Below, piece by piece: positions 5,623-10,844 of a DNA stretch of 10,844 bases. A program made the translations under genes and the position numbers. Where the stretch lies: positions 1 to 10,844 of the forward strand of contig CAZOYD010000094.1 in the NCBI GenBank assembly GCA_964583985.1. The letters are read 5' to 3'. This DNA is from an uncultured archaeon (GTDB lineage Archaea > Asgardarchaeota > Lokiarchaeia > Sigyniarchaeales > SOKP01). Below the pieces are notes generated by a model that was not told where the DNA came from, searched no databases, and saw only the letters and a list, made by a program, of their open reading frames with translations. Position 1 is the first letter of the stretch. The number at the start of each line of letters is the position of its first letter.

Positions 5623-8600
5623 TTGACCTCTACCGAAGAAATTTCAAAATTAAATTTTCAAGAATATATAAAAGATGGAAAATCATTAACTTTTTTGGTA
5701 GGTGCTGGGTGTTCCGTCTTGACACCATCAAACTTACCTAATGCAAGCGATTTGATTAAATCCATTTTAAAATTGACGATTATCGAATCTGAAGTTGATA
5801 AAATAGAATCTTTGGAGAATTTAACTCTTGAACAACTGTTAAGGATTATTTATTCAATCATTGATGAAAGTTCTGAAATTCTTGGCTTTTTTTCAGAGTG
5901 TGATAAGCCAAACATTGAACATTTTTTCTTAGCTGAAATGATCACCAAAGGTAGTTTTGTCATGTCAACGAACTTCGATCACCTTATTGAAACTGCGCTT
6001 CTAACCTTAAATGTCCCTCGGAAAAAAATTATCCCCGTCATAACTCAAAAAGATTATGAGAAGTACACAAATCCTGAAAAGTTATTTGAAAGTGGTAAAA
6101 TGGGCGTCTATAAAATTCATGGTGCTTCTAATAATCTAATTACTGGTGAGAATACTCAGGAATCGCTCATAATTACATTAAAATTAATAGGAACGAATCA
6201 AGAAGGACGAAATATTGTTCAATTAGAACCCCATAAAGCAGAATTTATAAGAAATGTATCAAGAGATAGGAATTTGATAGTATTGGGGTATTCTGGTATG
6301 AATGATTATGATATGACTCCTACAATTGAACAGATGGATTCATTAAAAAATTTGATATGGGTAAATCATGTTGAAGAAATAAAGGATGTTAATCAATTAA
6401 AAGAAATCAGAGATAATAACATTCAATCATTAAAAGATATTGATGAATTAGACCAGATATTATTGGACATTTCACGAGTAAATCATCACCTAAATATTTA
6501 CAGGTTAGATATCAATACCAGAATTCTTCTAAACGAGTTAATTGAGAGTACTGAGAATATTAGTAAAGAACCCAATGAATTAGATTTCTCAAGGTGGATA
6601 AAAGAATCTATTAAAGAACTCTCCAATGAAGAAAAATTATTCATTCCACTTAAGATATATCATGAAAATAAACAATATAATGATGCTTTAAGATGTTTAG
6701 AAAGAATTTATAGATTAGCTGAGGATAGTGGAGATGAAAAATGGAAGACAATTTCATTAATGAATATGGGTATCATCAACTTAGAACAAAATGAACTCGA
6801 AAAAGCTTTGGAATGGTTTAAAAAAGCTCTTCAATCCCAAATTAAATTAAAAACATTTCCTGAAAGAATTTCAATTTTTAAGAATATTGGGCTAATATAC
6901 CAAGCTCAAGGAAATTTGGTAGAAGCATATAATTTTTTTCAACAAGGATTGAAAATTAATATAAAATACAAAGATATGAAGACCGAATCCGAATTGTATA
7001 ATCAAATAGGTCTATTAGAACTAAATCGTTCTAACTATAAAGAAGCTATTAAAAATTTTGATATCTCGTTAAAAATAGATGAAAAATTGAATAATTTGCA
7101 AGAAAAAGCATTTAAACTTAAAAATATTGCAGCTACTCACGTCAAAAGCAGAAATCTTTCTGCTGCATTAAACGATTTGGATGAAGCAATGGAAATAAAC
7201 GATACACTTGGAAATCTGATTGAAAAAGGAAATATACTCAATAATTTGGGGTTGATTCATCATATTGGAGGAAATTCAATTTTAGGGATTGAAAAATGCA
7301 ATAAAGCACTAGATATATTTATCCAAATGCAATTTATTGAAGGAAAAATGGATGTTTTAAATAATCTGGGAGAAATCTATAGAGATCAATGGAATTATCC
7401 AAGATCTTATGAATATTTCAAAGAAGCAGTTCAATTAGCAGAAGATTATGGTAATATTGAAAAACAAGCGAAATTTTCAACCCAAATTGGAATCATTTTT
7501 CGAAACCAAGATAAATATTTCGAAGCACTCCAATGGCTTGAAACGGGTCTAAATCTTTTTAATCAGATTGGCAATCTCCGCGGAAAAATAGAAACTTTAA
7601 AAAATATAGGATTAATATACAAGAAACAACGAAATTATACTAAAGCTTTAAGGCGTCTTGAAAAAGTTTTAGAAATTTATCAGCGTTTGAATGATACTCA
7701 AGGAATTGCGACTTTTCTCAATATTATTGGATTAATTTATGTAGACCAAAGAAATTTCAGTAAAGCTTTAGAATATTTTCAACAAGCTCTTGATATTAGC
7801 AGCGAAATTGAAAGCTCGGAAGGAAGTGCTGAAACGCTTAAAAATATAGGCTCATTTTATCAAGAACAAGCGAATTATTCTGAGGCTGAAAAAAGATACA
7901 ATGCGGCATTGGAAATATTAGATAGATTGGGAGATCCAGAAAAAAAAGCAGATATTTTGAATAAAATCGGAACTATATATCAAAATTATGGAAGATATGA
8001 TGATGCAAAGAAAATGTTTGACGAATCCTTTGAAATATTTAAAAATGAACTCAATTATGATGGAAAAATTGATGTATTGTATAATATTGGCTTGAATTAT
8101 CAATATCAAGGCGATGATAAATTAGCTTTAGAAAATTTCGAAGCAGCAGTTCAGATTACTGATCAAATTGGAAATTTGCAAAGAAAACTTGAATGTCTTA
8201 AAGCCATGGGCGAGATATCCAGAGAACAATGGGATTTTATAGAAGCATTAAGGAGATATGAAGAAAGCTTAGTGATAGCGGAAAATTTAGGTAATTTAGA
8301 GGAACAGATAAACATTTTAAAAATAATTGCCGAGATATATCAAGCTCAAAAACATTATCCTGAATCAATTAGACGCTTTCAAGATGCTCTTAATGTTGTT
8401 GAGAAATTAGGCAATCTTGAAGGAAAAGCTAACATTTTCAACAGTATTGGCATTATATATTACGAAGAGGAAGACTTTCCTCAAGCTTTAAATTGGTTCG
8501 AAAAAGCTCTTGAAATTGATGAAGAATTGGGAGATATAAAAGGCAAAGCAGAGCGTTTTTTGAATATTGGAAGCATTTATCTTATTTGGGATGAGTATGA

Positions 8601-9687
8601 TGAGGTTTTACAAAAATACAAAAAAGCTCTTGAGATTAAGGAACAAATTGGAGATCTTGCAGGACAAGCTAGTACTCTTAGAAAAATAGGTATGATTTAT
8701 CACAATCAAAATGATTTAGAGGAAGCTTTTAATTGGTACAGTAAATCTTTAAAATTGTTTGAAGAGATAGAGCGTGTTCAAGGTATATGTGATTGTTATG
8801 AAAGTTTAGGCAAGTTAAATAAGGATCAAGGTGATTATTCACAAGCATTATCTCTTTTCCAGCAATCACTAAAAATTGCTGACGAGAATGATGATCTAGA
8901 ACGAAGAGGTTTTCTTTATAATGAACTCGGTGCTATTTATCAATACCAAGGAATGTATAAAGATGCATTGAAGAAATTCAAACAGGCACTTGACATTTTT
9001 GATCAAACCGGAGATTTAATGGGTAAAACATACAGTCTCAATAAAATCGGCCAAACTTACCAAGAACAAGGGAATTACGATGATGCCTTGAACTGGTATG
9101 ATCGTTCAATCAAATTATTTAAATTTCTTGGAGAGTCAGAAGAAAAATCAAAAGCTTATTATAATACTGCGATGATCTATCGTGATAAAGGTAAATATCT
9201 TGATGCCTTGAAGAATTTTGAGGAAGTTCTTAAAATAGAAATTGATGTTTATAATTTAAAAAGAAAAGCAGATAGTTTGAACAATATCGGACTAATATAC
9301 TTAGCTGAAGCAAACTATCCTGTTGCCATAGAAAGATTTAAAGAAGCTATTCAAATTGCTGATGAATTAGAAGAATTGGATACTAAAGGAACCATCTTGA
9401 ATAATTTATCACTTGTATATCTAAATAAGGGAGATTATACTGAAGCTTGGAAATCCTCTAATAAAGCTCTTGAAATATTCGAACTACTTAAAAATTACGA
9501 AGGAATTGCTGATACGCATTATAAATTGGGACTTACTTACTTAGATCAAAAAAGTTATACGGAAGCTCTTAATAAACATGAAGAAGCGCTTGAAGCTCTT
9601 TCTAAAGTTAGTAAAAATTATACCAAGCTCCCCTTAGCAAAGGTACTTAAAAACAATATCAAATTGATTAAATCTTATCAAAGCTAA
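5623..9687 (+). CDS. SIR2-like (SIR2_2-type, putative NADase) domain fused to 25 TPR-like repeats
   Basis: 1354 aa, TTG start (in-frame TAG at 5608-5610 and no ATG before the first motif). SIR2 motifs FLVGAGCS (G27, 5701), STNFDHLIE (N117, 5971), YKIHG (H166, 6118) and LIVLGYSG (G222, 6286). No zinc-ribbon CxxC pairs and no Walker A. aa 336-1335 form a TPR-like array. Confidence 0.9.
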   Translation: MTSTEEISKLNFQEYIKDGKSLTFLVGAGCSVLTPSNLPNASDLIKSILKLTIIESEVDKIESLENLTLEQLLRIIYSIIDESSEILGFFSECDKPNIEHFFLAEMITKGSFVMSTNFDHLIETALLTLNVPRKKIIPVITQKDYEKYTNPEKLFESGKMGVYKIHGASNNLITGENTQESLIITLKLIGTNQEGRNIVQLEPHKAEFIRNVSRDRNLIVLGYSGMNDYDMTPTIEQMDSLKNLIWVNHVEEIKDVNQLKEIRDNNIQSLKDIDELDQILLDISRVNHHLNIYRLDINTRILLNELIESTENISKEPNELDFSRWIKESIKELSNEEKLFIPLKIYHENKQYNDALRCLERIYRLAEDSGDEKWKTISLMNMGIINLEQNELEKALEWFKKALQSQIKLKTFPERISIFKNIGLIYQAQGNLVEAYNFFQQGLKINIKYKDMKTESELYNQIGLLELNRSNYKEAIKNFDISLKIDEKLNNLQEKAFKLKNIAATHVKSRNLSAALNDLDEAMEINDTLGNLIEKGNILNNLGLIHHIGGNSILGIEKCNKALDIFIQMQFIEGKMDVLNNLGEIYRDQWNYPRSYEYFKEAVQLAEDYGNIEKQAKFSTQIGIIFRNQDKYFEALQWLETGLNLFNQIGNLRGKIETLKNIGLIYKKQRNYTKALRRLEKVLEIYQRLNDTQGIATFLNIIGLIYVDQRNFSKALEYFQQALDISSEIESSEGSAETLKNIGSFYQEQANYSEAEKRYNAALEILDRLGDPEKKADILNKIGTIYQNYGRYDDAKKMFDESFEIFKNELNYDGKIDVLYNIGLNYQYQGDDKLALENFEAAVQITDQIGNLQRKLECLKAMGEISREQWDFIEALRRYEESLVIAENLGNLEEQINILKIIAEIYQAQKHYPESIRRFQDALNVVEKLGNLEGKANIFNSIGIIYYEEEDFPQALNWFEKALEIDEELGDIKGKAERFLNIGSIYLIWDEYDEVLQKYKKALEIKEQIGDLAGQASTLRKIGMIYHNQNDLEEAFNWYSKSLKLFEEIERVQGICDCYESLGKLNKDQGDYSQALSLFQQSLKIADENDDLERRGFLYNELGAIYQYQGMYKDALKKFKQALDIFDQTGDLMGKTYSLNKIGQTYQEQGNYDDALNWYDRSIKLFKFLGESEEKSKAYYNTAMIYRDKGKYLDALKNFEEVLKIEIDVYNLKRKADSLNNIGLIYLAEANYPVAIERFKEAIQIADELEELDTKGTILNNLSLVYLNKGDYTEAWKSSNKALEIFELLKNYEGIADTHYKLGLTYLDQKSYTEALNKHEEALEALSKVSKNYTKLPLAKVLKNNIKLIKSYQS
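6628..9627 (+). repeat. 25 x 120-bp (40-aa) TPR-like tandem repeats
   Basis: Hand alignment: 3000 bp from EEKLFIPLKIY to SKVSKNYTK splits into 25 units of 40 aa without gaps. Consensus approx. A..LnNIG.IY..QgnY.eAL..f..ALeI.e.lgnl.gk. Confidence 0.9.
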
Positions 9688-9708
9688 TTTTTTTCTTTTT
9701 CTATTTTT
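9688..9708 (+). terminator. oligo-T tract, candidate archaeal-type terminator of the SIR2-TPR gene
   Basis: TTTTTTTCTTTTTCTATTTTT immediately after TAA 9685-9687, in the 27-bp gap between convergent genes. Confidence 0.5.
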
Positions 9709-9714
9709 ATAGAA

Positions 9715-10542
9715 TTACGCGAGTAGTTCTATTTCAGAATGAGTCTTTTTTTTTCTTATTTTTATGGCTAAATATGGAAAGACCTCAGCATACAAGATAT
9801 AGAGGTATGGTGCACCCTGATTAAACATTAGGATTGTATCGTAAAGTAAGAAAGATATGCCTGAAGGACGTATTCCTGAAATGAATAACGGAAATTCCAT
9901 GAAAAAAGCTCCAAGGCATCCTATGAGAAATACGAAACCTATTAATTTTAAATCCCGTTTCCTAAATTTACCAGTACCATAAATTAAAAAAAGCAAAAAA
10001 TATCCAACAATAATATTTATGGTCCACGTTATCATCTGAGTATCCATGTGCCTAATTGAAATAACTAAAGTATCGTCAAGGTGAATTAAATATGAAAGAA
10101 AGGGCGTAACCAACCAAAATCCAAAAATCATGCCTGTAAAAAGGAGTATTTCTTTATAATTCCTTTTAACATAATTTTCAAACATTATCCATAACCAACC
10201 AAACGCAAAAAGGGAATATGAAAAAGTCATCATGAAATCTGTTCCAAATTTCGGCCAGAAATAGACTCCTAACGATTGTGGAACCTTTACTCCTCCGATC
10301 CAATATTCGCGAATCATAGTTCCAATAGGATAATTAGATCCCGCTGGTGAATTCCACCATATTATAGCATCAATAAAATATGTGACAAATCCAGTAAAAA
10401 TTCCAAACTTAATCGCATTGCCCTTTTTATATTTTATAAGGAATCCCACCCATATAGCAAGAAAAATACTGTCAATATAGATATAATCATATTCAAATCT
10501 TCTTATTGCTTCATTGAACGATTCATAAACAGCATTTAGCAT
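9715..10542 (-). CDS. hypothetical polytopic membrane protein (~7 TM helices)
   Basis: 275 aa with about 7 hydrophobic aromatic/Gly-rich segments separated by basic loops (KYKK, KRNYK, KFRKR) and a basic C-terminal tail. No family recognised with confidence. Confidence 0.75.
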   Translation of the reverse strand: MLNAVYESFNEAIRRFEYDYIYIDSIFLAIWVGFLIKYKKGNAIKFGIFTGFVTYFIDAIIWWNSPAGSNYPIGTMIREYWIGGVKVPQSLGVYFWPKFGTDFMMTFSYSLFAFGWLWIMFENYVKRNYKEILLFTGMIFGFWLVTPFLSYLIHLDDTLVISIRHMDTQMITWTINIIVGYFLLFLIYGTGKFRKRDLKLIGFVFLIGCLGAFFMEFPLFISGIRPSGISFLLYDTILMFNQGAPYLYILYAEVFPYLAIKIRKKKTHSEIELLA

Positions 10543-10644
10543 GATATCCTATTCCACTGCTTGTATAAATGATAATAATACTCTTTTTTTATAAAAAGAT
10601 TTAATTCTATTTAAAGAACTTGCGAATTTTAATATTAGGTAGAG

Positions 10645-10842
10645 TCATTTAATGTAGCGACTAATATATTTTCTAACTTTTTCTTCTGGCTGAAAAACTC
10701 CATAATGCCCTTCACATAGAATATCTGCTTTCAAGTCCAATAACATGTTGAGAGATTTTTGGTAATCATCGTAATCACTAATCCCGGGAATGATAGGTCC
10801 ATGTAAATCTTGTCCGAATAGAACTTTTATATTAGGCTCTGT
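10645..10842 (-). CDS. 3' end of a metallo-beta-lactamase-fold hydrolase (gene starts beyond the right edge)
   Basis: Not in the ORF track. Hand translation of the minus strand: TEPNIKVLFGQDLHGPIIPGISDYDDYQKSLNMLLDLKADILCEGHYGVFQPEEKVRKYISRYIK* (TGA at 10647-10645). 'VLFGQD', 'Y.KSL..L..L' and 'ILCEGHYG' correspond to the MBL-fold LF.GD and .PGHG motifs. Confidence 0.8.
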   Translation of the reverse strand, partial: TEPNIKVLFGQDLHGPIIPGISDYDDYQKSLNMLLDLKADILCEGHYGVFQPEEKVRKYISRYIK

Positions 10843-10844
10843 TA

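Noticed and set aside
7918-8109. 63-aa Ile/Phe-rich minus-strand ORF
   Set aside because: Antisense shadow of the TPR array.
6628-9627. CRISPR array or mobile-element repeats (recurring aaaagctcttgaaat-like words)
   Set aside because: The recurrences are in-frame codons for the KALEI consensus at multiples of 120 bp within an open reading frame; no repeat-spacer structure, transposase or terminal inverted repeats seen.
5623-9687. Calling the large gene an Avs/STAND protein, Thoeris ThsA, or a classical sirtuin deacylase (CobB/Sir2)
   Set aside because: No Walker A/B NTPase between SIR2 and the TPRs, no SLOG/macro domain or TIR partner, and no zinc-binding CxxC pairs typical of deacylase sirtuins.

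Overview
AT-rich window (roughly 30% GC by eye), densely coding, most likely archaeal and probably Asgard/Lokiarchaeia-like (inference from gene content, not from a search). Left to right: the 3' end of a probable VWA-domain gene (+), a COG2232-like ATP-grasp ligase (+), a tandem Roadblock/LC7 protein (-), and, divergent from it, a 14-aa-repeat coiled-coil protein with a PLD/TrmB-like C-terminal domain (+). These are followed by a Cys-rich DUF5714-like protein (-), a PHP-family histidinol phosphatase (-), a decayed alpha/beta-hydrolase pseudogene (+), a 1354-aa SIR2-like domain fused to 25 gap-free 40-aa TPR-like repeats (+), a multi-pass membrane protein (-) and the 3' end of a metallo-beta-lactamase-fold hydrolase (-). 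The best candidate for an undescribed system is the SIR2-TPR25 protein, a possible single-gene sensor-NADase for immunity or signalling. The second is the single-chain double-Roadblock / coiled-coil divergent pair. I saw no RNA genes, CRISPR arrays or transposases. All family assignments are by motif recognition only.
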